From Anaeramoeba ignava BMAN (taxonomy: Eukaryota > Protista > Anaeramoebae): 64,000 nucleotides of DNA. Below, piece by piece: positions 38,240 through 51,408 of the stretch. Under the pieces are notes generated by a model, which saw nothing but the letters and a program-made list of their open reading frames with translations, was not told the DNA's origin and searched no databases. Every line of letters begins with the position of its first letter. Position 1 is the stretch's first letter. The position numbers and the translations under genes were made by a program. The stretch covers positions 620,001 through 684,000 of the forward strand of contig JAPDFW010000011.1 of NCBI GenBank assembly GCA_028826165.1. The letters run 5' to 3'.

Positions 38240-41200
38240 TTAAAGTAAATTCTTTTTTTTAAATTCATCTTCAACAAAATCAAAAAGATCTCCTTGTTGA
38301 TTTGAATTAGAATTTGAATTAGAATTTTGAGATAAAAAATCAAAACCAGTATTTGATTTCTTTTGATTTGATTTGTTAGAAAAATTCTGTAAAATATTAT
38401 ATTTGTCTTCATCATTAAGAACTTTTGTTTGAAAAATATTTCCACTTTTTTTTGTAACTTTTTTAATTGGATTAATTTTATTGATTTCTTGTTGATCAAA
38501 ACTTTGATCAATAATTGATTTTAAATTTTTGGTTTTATCAATATGCAAGTTTCCAAGATCATTTAAAACATTAATTTCTTGAGCTTGATTTTGATTTTGG
38601 ATTTGATTTGATTTTTGATTCAAATCAAAATCAATTAATGATGAATTTGATTTTTTTTGTTGATTTTTGTTTGAAATATTTCTTCTTGATTTTTGATTTG
38701 ATTTTTGATTTGATTTTTGATTTGATTTTTGATTTGATTTTTGATTTGATTTTTGATTTGATTTTGTTTCTTCTTGTTTTTCTTCTTGTTTTTGTTGATT
38801 TAAATTTAATCCTTGAAATAAATCACCTGAATTTTGATTGTTTTGATTGTTTTGATTGTTTTGTTCAAAATCAATTAAAGAATCTTTCTTTTTTAAAACT
38901 GGTTGATTTTTTGATTTAATTTTTGGATTTTGATCATTTGATTGAGTTTCAATTCCCAAAGAATTTAAAATCTAAATGAATTTTTTTTTCAAATGAATTT
39001 TTTTCAATTAAATTTTTTTAAATTAATTTTTTTCAATTAATTTTCTTTTACTTTTTTTGCTTTTGTTTTAATTTTAATTTTTGATGATTGCAAAAAAGAT
39101 TCAAATAATTCAATACTTTCTTGATCTTGGAAATAATCAATATAATCAGTTAAACCATAAGAAAGTAAACCTTCAATTAAAGTTAAAGCTTTCTAAATTT
39201 AAAATTGAAAAAAAATTTAAGAAAAGAATTTAAAAAAAGAATAAGAAATTTTTTTGAATCTAAAATTTAAAGGAAACAAACAAGTTGAATTTGCCAAGTT
39301 TCTGACATTAATTGTTGTTCTAATTCTGAACTTATAATTTCATAATCTAAATTTTTTGCTTTATTAATAAATTCTTCAATTTCATCTTTTTTGAGTGCAA
39401 TTCTTAATCCTGTATGACTTGTCATTTCATCAACAAGTTTTTTTTCATATTCTCCTGTAGATTTTACTTCAATTGATTGTGAAAATATTGGATTTTGATT
39501 TTGATTTTGATTTTGAATTTGATTTGATTTTGATTTTGATTTTGTTCTTGATTTTGAATTTGATATTGATTTTGTTCTTGATTTTGTTCTTGAATTTGAT
39601 TTTGTTTTTTAATTCTTGATTTTTGACCTAATGTTCTAACAGATTTATTCGTATCATTCCAACCAGAATCTTTTTTTAATTTTAATTTTAATTTTATTTT
39701 TAATTTTAATTATAATTTTAATTTTAATTTTAATTATAATTTTAATTTTAATTTTAATTATAATTTTAATTTTAATTTTAATTTTAATTTTAATTTTAAT
39801 TTTAATTTTAATTTTAATTTTAATATTAATTTTAATTTTAATATTAATTTTAATATTAATTTTAATTTTAATTTTAATTTTAATTTTAATTATAATTTTA
39901 ATTTTAATTTTAATTTTAATAATTTTAATTTTAATTTTAATAATTATAATATTAATTTTAATATTAATTTTAATTTTAATTAATTTTAATTTTAATTTTA
40001 ATTTTAATATTAATTTTAATATTAATTTTAATTTTAATTTTAATTTTAATTTTAATTTTAATTTTAATTTTAATTTTAATTTTAATTTTAATATTAATTT
40101 TAATATTAATTTTAATTTTTATTATTTTTACCTTGATTTTCCCAAGTTGGTGTTTCTTGTGTTTTAAAATAAGTATTTTGTTTTTGTTGTGTTTGATCTG
40201 ATAAAAACATTTTAGGATGATATTTTTTCTTCATTCCTAAAGAAGAACGTAATTTATCTCCAAATGTTTTGTTTTCTAAATAATTTACAATTAATAATGA
40301 ATTTTAATTTTAATTTTAATTTTAATTTTAATTTTAATTTTAATTTTAATTTTAATTTTAATTTTAATTTTAATTTTAATTTTAATTTTAATTTTAATTT
40401 TAATTTTAATTTTAATTTTAATTTTAATTTTAATTTTAATTTTAATTTTAATTTTAATTTTAATTTTAATTTTAATTTTAATTTTAATTTTAATTTTAAT
40501 TTTAATTTTAATTTTAATTTGAATTTGAATTTTAAATTTTAATTTTAATTTTAATTTTAATTTTAATTTTAATTTTAATTTTAATTTTAATTTTAATTAT
40601 AATAAAGAAATAAACCTTTTTTATCAACACTAAAATTTCCAAAACCTTCCATTTTTTTATCATCTTTTTCATTTGTAAAATTTTTAATAACTGAATTAGT
40701 TTTTGAAAATTTAACATTTGAATCAGAATCATTATCAAATTGTTGAACATTATCATAATTAATTCCATCACTTGATAATCCTGTAATTCTAGATTTTATT
40801 AAAGTATTTTCTTGTGTCATTTGATTTTCAAGCTTTTGTTGTGGTAAATCTTCATAAAGATTTTCAATTACTTCCTTTTATTATTTTATTATTTTATTAT
40901 TTTTTTTGTTTTTTAATTCCAAAAAAATTTTTTCCTTTTTTTTTTGCTTTATTTTTATTTTTACTTTTGCCATTCTTCTCACTGCATTCATTGGTGCATC
41001 TCCATGAAGTGGATCTGTTGGACAAGTAAATGCTTTATTAATTTTAATTTTAATTTTAATTTTATAAATGAATTTTAATTTTAATTTTAATTTTAATTTT
41101 AATTTAATTTTAATTTTAATTATAATTTTAATTTAATTTTAATTTTAATTTTAATTTTAATTTTAATTTTAATTTTATAAATGAATTTTAATTTTAATTT

Positions 41201-41978
41201 TAATTTTAATTTTAATTTAAATTTTAATTTTAATTTTAATTTTAATTTTATTTTTAATTTTAATTTTAATTTTAATTTTAATTTTAATTTTAATTTTAAT
41301 TTTAATTTTAATTTTAATTTTAATTTTAATTTTTATTAATTTTAATTTTAATTTTAATTTTTAATTTTAATTTAATTTTAATTTTAATTTTAATTTTAAA
41401 TTTTAATTTTAATTTTAATTTTAATTTTAATTTTAATTTTAATTTTAATTTTAATTTTAATTTAATTTTAATTTTAATTTAAATTTATAAATTAATTTTG
41501 ATTTTAATTTTAATTTATAAATGAATTTAAATTTGAATTTGAAATTATAAAAAAATAGAATAAAGAGAAAAAAAATGAAATATTTATTTACTTAAACAAT
41601 CTTTAATTTTTTCAATACTTCTTTGAATTTCTTCAACAAATTTTGGATTTCCACTTTTACAAAGATAACGAATTATCATTAAACATTTAAGTTTAATATT
41701 AGGAGATTTTTTATGAGAAATTCTCCAAATAACTTGTTCTCCAATTATTTTTGCTCTTGAATCAGTTTCTTTTGTATGTTCTAATTTAATTTTTTTAAGT
41801 TTAAAATTTAAATTAAAAATTTAATAAATTAAAAAATTAAAAGAAAAATTTTTTTGTTTTTTTTTTTTAAATTGATCATTTATTTTATTTAAATTTTACC
41901 TGCTAATGTTTGTAAATCAAATCCATTAGGTTGACTATCATCATCTTTTGATATTTTTTTAATTAAAATTCTGCTCAT
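38240..41978 (-). CDS. TEPSIN: Tepsin (AP-4 accessory, ENTH + tVHS); multi-exon
   Basis: Spliced N-terminus MSRILIKKISKDDDSQPNGF...SPNIKLKCLMIIRYLCKSG...FTCPTDPLHGDAPMNAVR carries the tepsin-ENTH PDPLHG signature. Second domain GEYEKKLVDEMTSHTGLRI...EEFI...WQIQL|KALTLIE. Introns include 41781-41899 and 41033-41591. Confidence 0.8.
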
Positions 41979-42144
41979 TTTTTATTTTTTATAAAGAAAT
42001 AAAAGAAGAAATAAAAAGAAGAAAAAAATGAAAAAAATGAAAATTAAAAAAATTTATTTTTTTTTTAAAATTAAATTTTGTTAAATTTGGAATATAAATT
42101 GATTTTATTTTAAAGAAAAAATTCTCATAAAAGAAATCAATCAA

Positions 42145-42978
42145 ATTATTTTGTAATTATTTTGTAATTATTTTGTAATTATTTTGTAATTATTTTGTAA
42201 TTATTTTGTAATTATTTTGTATTTATTTTGTAATTATTTTGTAATTATTTTGTAATTATTTTGTAATTATTTTGTAATTATTTTGTAATTATTTTGTTAT
42301 AAATTATTTTGTTATAAATTATTTTGTAATTATTTTGTTATAAATTATTTTGTAATTATTTTGTTATAAATTATTTTGTAATTATTTTGTAATTATTTTG
42401 TTATAAATTATTTTGTAATTATTTTGTTATAAATTATTTTGTAATTATTTTGTTATAAATTATTTTGTAATTATTTTGTAATTATTTTGTAAATTATTTT
42501 GTAATTATTTTGTAATTATTTTGTAATTATTTTGTAATTATTTTGTTATAAATTATTTTGTAATTATTTTGTAATTATTTTGTAATTATTTTGTAATTAT
42601 TTTGTAATTATTTTGTAATTATTTTGTAATTATTTTGTTATAAATTATTTTGTAATTATTTTGTAATTATTTTTTAATTATTTTTCTTATAAATTATTTT
42701 GTAATTATTTTGTAATTATTTTGTTATAAATTATTTTGTAATTATTTTGTTATAAATTATTTTGTAATTATTTTCTTATAAATTATTTTGTAATTATTTT
42801 GTAATTATTTTGTAATTATTTTGTAATTATTTTGTAATTATTTTGTAATTATTTTGTTATAAATTATTTTGTAATTATTTTGTAATTATTTTGTTATAAA
42901 TTATTTTGTAATTATTTTGTTATAAATTATTTTGTTATAAATTATTTTGTAATTATTTTGTTATAAATTATTTTGTAA
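42145..42978. repeat. 11-bp array (taattattttg) with a 14-bp variant
   Basis: Intergenic tandem array abutting the stop codon of the coiled-coil gene. Confidence 0.9.
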
Positions 42979-44598
42979 TTATTTTCTTATAAATCCAAAT
43001 TTTTTTTTCTTTTTTCCTGAATTTGGTTTTGATTGTTCAATTTCATTTCTTAATTTTTCAAGTTCTTCTTTATAAACATCAGAATTTTTTTGAGAAGTTT
43101 GAATTTTAATTTCTAATGTTGAATTTTTTGAAATTAATTCAGAATTTTCATTTTGTAATTTAGAAAGTTGTTCATTTAATCTTTTTAATTCTTGAGAATA
43201 AGTTTCAATTTGTTTTTCTAAATCTTCATATTTATTTCCTTTCATTTTTGACTAAAAATAATAATAATAAATATTTAAATAATATTAATAATAAATATTT
43301 AAATAATAATAATAATAAATATTTAAATAATAATAATAATAAATATTTAAATAATAATAATAATAAATATTTAAATAATAATAATAATAAATATTTAAAT
43401 AATAATAATAAATATTTAAATAATAATAAATATTTAAATTAATAATAAAATTTAATTTAAATAATAAAATAATAAATATTTAAATAATATTAATAATAAA
43501 TTAAAATAATATTTAATAATAAATATTTAAATAATATTAATAATAAATATTTAAATAATAATAATAATAAAATATTTAAATAATAATAATATTTAAAATA
43601 AATAATTTAAATAATAATAAATAATAAATATTTAAATAATAATAATAATAAATATTTAAATAATATTAATAATAAATATTTAAATAATAATAATAATAAA
43701 TATTTAAATAATAATAATAATAAATATTTAAATAATAATAATAATAAATATTTAAATAATAATAATAATAAATATTTTAAATAATAATAAATATTTAAAT
43801 AATAATAATAATAATAAATATTTAAATAATATTAATAAATATTTAAATAATTTAATTAATAATAAATATTTTATTATATACTTCATTTCTACTCAAACTA
43901 TCTTTCATTACTGCATTTTCTGCAACTACTTCATTCAATTTCTCATTTAAACTTTCATTTTCTTTTTTTTCATTCTCTAATTGTGAAGAAATTGTTTTTT
44001 GTTTTCTATTTAAAAAAGATATTTCAGCTTCAAGTTTTGCTATTTTTTGAGTTTCTTTTGAAAGTTTATCTTCTTTTAATTCAAGTTCTTTTTTTAAAGA
44101 ATCAATTCTCATTTCATTTCTTTTTTTTTCTGTTAATATAATTGAACTATCATCTTCAAATTCTGGATTTTTTTCAATTTCTTTATCTTTCATTTTTTCA
44201 ATTTGTTCATTTAATTCTTCAATATGATAATTTTTTTGTTTAGTTTCTTGTTCCAAAATTTCATATCTTATTTTTAATTCCTTATTAAAATTAAAAAATA
44301 AAATTTAAATTAAAAATAAAATTTAAATATTTTTTTTTAATACATTAAATTTTTTTGTAAATTCTTCTTCTATTGAAATTTTAGTTGACATTTCTTTAAG
44401 AGCTGTTTGATATTTAATAACTTCAGATTGATGTTCTTGAATTTTTTCTTGATATTTTTGATTTAAAAGTTGAACAACTTGTTCATATTTTTGAAGTTTA
44501 GTTTGTAAATCTTGATTTTGTTGAAAAATAAGAGTAAATTGTTGTTTAAGTTGTTGATTTTCTTGATTTGAAGAAAGAAAAGCTTGTTGATAATTCAT
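42979..44598 (-). CDS. Uncharacterised coiled-coil protein; 3 exons, basic C-terminus KKKKKFGFIRK
   Basis: Three heptad-rich ORFs joined by GT-AG introns at about 44281-44343 and about 43252-43881 (the latter repeat-filled). Confidence 0.7.
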
Positions 44599-44676
44599 TT
44601 ATTATTATTATTATTATTATTTTAAAAAGGAAAAAAATGAATTTTGATTTTATTTTTTTTTTAATTTTGATTTGAA

Positions 44677-47600
44677 TTATAAAAGAACTTGAATTATTCC
44701 ACTTCGATGAAAATCAGAAACAACAATAAATTCTTCATCAACTAAAACTCTTAAAGAATCAATAAAATCTTCAAAAATAACATTATTATTATTAATATTT
44801 TTCTCAAAAACTTTTTTCCACAAATCATTAATTGAAATTTTCTTAATGGAATTATTAACCAAAAATTGTCTAGCATCTGTAGCAATTGAACCGATAGCAT
44901 TTCTTGAAGAAAAGCTTCTTCCAGTCGTCAAAAGATCCAAATCAATTCTTCCAGTTCTTGGATCAGTAGCTGTTTGTTGAATTGCAACTCGAATCAAACG
45001 AACAGCTTCATCAACATCAATTTTCTCAACATGATTTGATAACCTAATTTTAGCATGAGCTTCGGATATCCTAATCAAAGACTCTAATTGCCGAGGAGTC
45101 GCAGTGATTGTGTTTTTATTCCCTCCAATCTTTCTCATATCGCAATAAGCATTAACAAGAGAAGTAAAAGCTTCATCAGAAATAATTGGTTTACATTTAC
45201 GTTTTGCATATGAAATATATTGAGTCAATGTTTGTTTGTCAATTACTTCCTCGCTTTGAGTTTCTGGTTTTCTCGAATAAAGCGAGAGAATATGATGAGC
45301 AAGTCTGCGATCTTGTTGTTCATTTGGTTTGTCGAAAATCAAGTAAATCAAATCAAATCTTGATAATAAAGTTGGTGGTAATTGAATATTTTCAACAACT
45401 GTTAGTCTTGGATTGTATCTTGAATCTTTTGGGTTTGCTGATGCAAGAACAGATGTTCGCGAATTCAAAGTTGCGATTATTCCTGCTTTGGCAACAGATA
45501 CTGTTTGTTGCTCCATTGCTTCATGAAGAACTGTTCTTGTATAATCACTCATCTTATCAAATTCATCAATACAACATATTCCTCCATCACTTAGAACTAA
45601 TGCTCCGCTTTCGAGTACTAATTCTCTTGAATCAGGATCTTTTGTAATAAATGCTGTTAGTCCAACTGCTGAACTCCCTTTTCCTGATGTGTATACTCCT
45701 CTTGGTGCAATTTTATTTACATATGATAATAATTGTGAATTATGTACAATTATTCCATTCGCAATAAAATTACTTCCTTTGCTTGATTCCAAATCATAAA
45801 CCCAAATTGTTTCCTTTTCTTTCATTTCAATTTTTTTGATTTTTTCTAATTTGAATATTTTTTTAATTTCTTGCTTTTTTAAATTTCTTTTGATAATTGG
45901 AATTTCTTCTTGTTTAAAATCTTCAATTATTATCTTTTCTTTTTTTGTTAAAATTTTTTCAATGTTAAATAAGAATTTAGGATGAATTTTGGATAGTTTG
46001 TTCTTTTTAATTTTGATTTGATAATATTTTTGTTTTTTATAAATTTCATCTTCAAATTCAAATTCAAAATTTTTCTTTTTCTTAATCTTTGTTTGAATCC
46101 CAAATCTTAATAATATCATAAATAATTCTAAAATGAATCTCTTGTTTTTATTTGAATAAATAATTGATTTATTCTTGAATTTTCCTTCTTGAATCAAAAG
46201 AACTTCTAAATAACTTGTAATTATTAAATTTGATGATGTTTTGATAATTTTTGGAATTGATTCATTTTTTTTCAAAGAAAATGAATCTGATAAATTTTGA
46301 TAAATAAATTTGTAAAGATGAGAATTTCTATTGAATTTAACAAATAATTTTTGATAAAGGTTTTTGATTTCCAAATCATTTTGATCAAATTCAGTGTTTA
46401 AAATGTTGGTTATATCATTTAAAATGATTGAATTTTCAGAATCAAAAATTAAATAATATACTTTATCATCAAAAGATCCAAATTTGCTTATAAAATTAAT
46501 ATAAAAATCAATCGAGCCTTTTTGATTGATTAAATTGTTATTTTTTTGTAATGAAATTTCTTGATAATTTTGAATATTTTTTGGAGAAATAATTTTCAAT
46601 CCTTTAAAAAGATCTTTAGCTTGAATTTTATAGATTTTATCATTAAAAGAAGTGAAAAAGGGATGTTCAAGTGTTGATTTAATTGAAATTCCATTTTTAA
46701 GTGTTATTTTTAATAATTGAGAAACTTTTCTTCTTGAAACAGTCGGAACAAATGATTTAACTTGTTTATAATGATTTGTAAATGAAATGATTGAAAGATT
46801 ATTTTTTGAAGCAAATATTCCTTTTGAGAGTTTAATTCCTGAATTTTCATGAAATATTTCTTGAAAAGTTTTTAAATTTCCATCAGATAATTGAATTAAA
46901 GTATCTCCTGTTAAACATTTTGAAGTTCCTGGATCACCAATGATTAAAACATTAATTTCTGATCTGAATCTACCGCCTCCTGAACGACTAAATTCTTTTT
47001 CAGTTCCTGAAAATAGTTGACATAAAACACCTTTTTTAACATCTTCTAAACCCCAAATACTTGGAGCTAATTTTTTTGATTTAAATTTATTTTTAAATTA
47101 ATTTTTGGATTTAATTTTTATTTTTGAATTTTTAAATTAACCTAATGATCTTGTTAAATTTTCATAAATATTTGGTGATTTTCCAAGTTTCTTTAAATTT
47201 TTTTCAAGTTTTTTAATTTGTTCTTCAGTTTGATTCATTTCAACCAAAGTAGAAATATCACCTAAATTAATTCTTCCATCAGAAACCCTATTTTTATCAA
47301 ATTTTCTGAAATGAATTACATCAATATATGTTCTATATATTGATTTAACAGATCTTTTTCTTGGGTTAGTTCTTATTGGAATAGCTCTAAAAATTCCAGT
47401 AAGTTCAATACGGTCACCTGGTCTAACATTTTCAACAAGATCTTCATAACACATTAAATTAACAGTTTGAGGAGTTTCACCATCAGGTATAGCATCTTAT
47501 TTTATTATTTATTTTAAATATTTTAAATATTTATTTTAAATATTTTTTTAATATTTATTTTAAATATTTTGAATATTTATTTTGAATATTTTGAATATTT

Positions 47601-49645
47601 ATTTTAAATATTTATTTTAAATATTTTGAATATTTATTTTGAATATTTATTTTAAATATTTATTTTAAATATTTATTTTGAATATTTATTTTGAATATTT
47701 ATTTTGAATATTTATTTTGAATATTTTAAATATTTTGAATATTTATTTTAAATATTTATTTTGGATATTTATTTTAAATATTATTTTAAATATTTATTTT
47801 GAATATTTTGAATATTTATTTTAAATATTTATTTTGAATATTTATTTTGAATATTTATTTTGAATATTTATTTTAAATATTTATTTTGAATATTTTAAAT
47901 ATTTATTTTGAATATTTATTTTGAATATTTATTTTAAAATATTTTTAAATTTTTGGATATTTATTTTAAATATTTTGATTATTTATTTTAAATATTTATT
48001 TTAAATATTTATTTTGAATATTTATTTTAAATATTTATTTTGAATATTTATTTTGAATATTTATTTTAAATATTTATTTTAAATATTTATTTTGAATATT
48101 TATTTTGAATATTTATTTTAAATATTTATTTTGAATATTTTGAATATTTATTTTAAATATTTATTTTGAATATTTATTTTAAATATTTATTTTGAATATT
48201 TATTTTTAAAATTTATTTTAAAATATTTTTGAATATTTATTTTTAAATATTTATTTTGAATATTTATTTTAAATATTTATTTTGAATATTTATTTTAATA
48301 TATTTATTTTGAATATTTATTTTAAATATTTTAAAATATTTTAATATTTATTTTAAATATTTATTTTGAATATTTATTTTGAATATTTATTTTAAATATT
48401 TATTTTTAAATATTTATTTTGAATATTTATTTTAAATATTTATTTTTAAATATTTATTTTGAATATTTATTTTAAATATTTATTTTGGATATATTTATTT
48501 TAAATATTTTGAATATTTATTTTGAATATTTATTTTAAATATTTATTTTGAATATTTATTTTAAATATTTATTTTGAATATTTATTTTGAATATTTATTT
48601 TGAATATTTATTTTAAATATTTATTTTGAATATTTATTTTAAATATTTATTTTGAATATTTATTTTGAATATTTATTTTGAATATTTATTTTAAATATTT
48701 ATTTTGAATATTTATTTTAAATATTTATTTTGAATATTTTATATATTTATTTTAAATATTTATTTTGAATATTTATTTTGAATATTTTGAATATTATAAT
48801 AATTATTAATCTACCAGGTGTTTCTTGAAGTTTTAAAATTTGTTTATCACTAAATTTGCAACGATTATGTATTAATTCCATTGAAAAACGTTGAGAACAA
48901 TTTGAACAAATTAAAGGTTCACTAATTCTTCCTTTTTGAATTGAAACAACTTCTTCAAAAGAACATTCTTGACATTTAAAAAAAGCTTCTTTAAGATCAG
49001 GAATGATTTGAGATGTTCTTGTAATCATTCCACGAACACAAACAATTTGATCAATATTATTTGGATCAAGATCTCGAAGATTTTTAACATCTGATTCAAG
49101 AAGTCGAAATAATCGAACTTTTATTGGGTTTTTAAATGTTGTTTCATTATCTTCTCCTTGAACAGCTCGGATTTCTGTGCTTAAATCCTTTATAACTAAA
49201 TCAAATATTGTTATTATTTCTTGTGGATATTTTATTGTTTGTTTGTATAAATTTTCATTAAATTGGAAAATATGTTGACAATCAATATTTAATGAATTTT
49301 GTTCTGTTTCAACAACCTATTAAATTTATAAATATTAATATTTAATTTATAAATAATAATTTTGAATCTGTTTTTATTTACTTGTGATAAAATATCAAAA
49401 TAATATGGATTTTCATTTTCATTTCCATTAATTCGGAATTCATCAATAAATTTTCGAAAATTATTAATTGTATCTTCAACATTTATTGTTGTTCCCCAAA
49501 TAACAGTTCTGGAGAATGTTTCTATTTGTGAAGAATTAATTAAAGGTCTATCTAAATCAACTTGATTATTGCTATTATTGTTATTGTTATTATTGTTGTT
49601 GTTGTTATTATTATTATTGTTGTTATTGTTTTCATCTTGTTCCAT
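44677..49645 (-). CDS. MCM4: MCM4 (Cdc21/Cdc54) replicative helicase subunit, intein-containing precursor; introns 49317-49381, 47496-48814, 47067-47141
   Basis: VIWGTTIN, YPQEIITIFD, zinc finger C..C...C..[37 protein letters not shown]|intein|SQLL, YTSGKGSSAVGLTAF, LESGALVLSD.GICCIDEFDKM, HEAMEQQTVSVAKAGI, LLSRFD, TPRQLESLIR and ATDPRTGRIDLD (MCM4-typical). The 5' start is uncertain. Confidence 0.95.
45739..46917 (-). mobile_element. Intein (393 aa) with degenerate LAGLIDADG homing endonuclease, inserted in the MCM4 Walker A motif
   Basis: In-frame insertion with no stops. Block A CLTGDTLIQLSDG, block B KSTLEHPFF (TxxH), AKDLFKG, block F VYDLESSKGSNFIANG, block G IIVHN followed by extein Ser+1. 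Removing it restores GDPGTSKSQLL. Confidence 0.96.
47500..48800. repeat. Intronic 12-bp array (tatttatttt[g/a]a)n
   Basis: Fills the 1319-nt MCM4 intron. Confidence 0.9.
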
Positions 49646-49719
49646 TTGAATAACTGATTCTAAATTTTCTGTTTCAGAATCACTTTGATTTCTTTTTCTA
49701 TTTTATTTTATAAATATTC

Positions 49720-51120
49720 AAATTTTAATTTAATACTTAATTATAAATTTTAAGATTTAATTATTTTAAATAAAATTATTAATTAATATTTATTTAAAAA
49801 TTAATTTAAATTAATTATTTTTAATAAATTTAAATTTTTATTGGAAATAAAATAAATTTAATTATAAATTAAATTTAAAATTTTTTTAAAATTATTAATT
49901 TTTAAATTAAAATTATTTTTTATATTTTTGAATTATTTTTAATTTAAATTTTTATTGGAAATAAAATAGTTTTTAATTTAATATTTAATTATATATTTTA
50001 AGATTAAATTATTTTTAAATAAAATTATTAATTAAATATTAATTTAAAATTGATTTAAATTTTGTTTTATTTTTGGATTATTTTTAATTTAAATTTTTAT
50101 TGGAAATAAAATAAGTTTTAATTTAGTATTTAATTATAAATTTTAAAGATTAAATTATTTTAAATAAAATTATTAATAAATATTAAATTAAAATTAATTT
50201 AAATTTTATTATATTTTTGGATTATTTTTAATTTAAATTTTTATTGAAAATAAAATAAGTTTTAATTTAATATTTAATTATAAATTTTAAGATTAAATTA
50301 TTTTAAATAAAATTATTAATTAAATATTAAATTAAAATTGATTTAAATTTTATTATATTTTGGATTATTTTTAATTTAAATTTTTTTAAAAATAAGTTTT
50401 GATTTAATATTAAATTATAGATTTTAAGATTAAATTATTAATTTAAAATTAATTTAAATTTTATTATATTTTTGAATTATTTTTAATTTAAATTTTTATT
50501 GGAAATAAAATAAGTTTTAATTTAATATTTAATTATAGATTTTAAGATTTAGTTATTTTTAAATAAAATTATTAATTAAATATTAAATTAAAATTTATTT
50601 AAATTTTATTATATTTTTGGATTATTTTTAATTTAAATTTTTTTGAAATTTAAATTTTTAAATTTTGGATTAAATCATTTTAAATAAAATTATTTTAATT
50701 AAATATTTAAAATTGATTTAAATTTTTGGATTATTTTTAATTTAAATTTTTAATAAAAATAAAATAGTTTTGATTTATTAATTATAATTTTAAGATTAAA
50801 TTATTTTAAATAAAATTAATTTAAATTTTTTATTTTTTTGGAATTATTTTTGATTTAAATTTTTAATGGAAATAAAATAAGTTTTGATTTAATATTAAAT
50901 TATAAATTTTAAGATTAAATTATTTTAAATAAAATTATTAATTAAATATTAAATTAAAATTAATTTAAATTTTATTATATTTTGGATTATTTTTAATTTA
51001 AATTTTTTATTGGAAAATAAAATAAGTTTTGATTTAATATTTAATTATATATTTTAAGATTAAATTATTTTAAATAAAATTATTAATTAATATTAAATTA
51101 AAATTAATTTAAATTTTGAA
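49720..51120. repeat. AT-rich satellite, unit about 120-147 bp
   Basis: Recurrent aagattaaattat and ttggaaataaaataagtttt anchors at intervals of about 120-147 bp. Confidence 0.75.
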
Positions 51121-51408
51121 TTGGTTTAATTTTGATTTTTTTATTCATTTAAAATTAATAAAAAAAAAAGAAAATAATTTAAAAGAAATTTAATAAATTG
51201 TTAATAGAAGAAAAAAAGAAAAAAAAAAAAATAAAAAAAAAGAAAAGAAAATTAAAAAATTTTGAAAAAAAAAAAGAAAAGAAAAAAATTTATTTTAATT
51301 TAATTTTAATTTAATTTAACGGTTAATTTAAAAAAAATCGTTAAAAATAATTAATTAAAAAATTCTTTCTTTTTATTTCATTTTTTTTTATTAAAATTTA
51401 TTTAAAAA

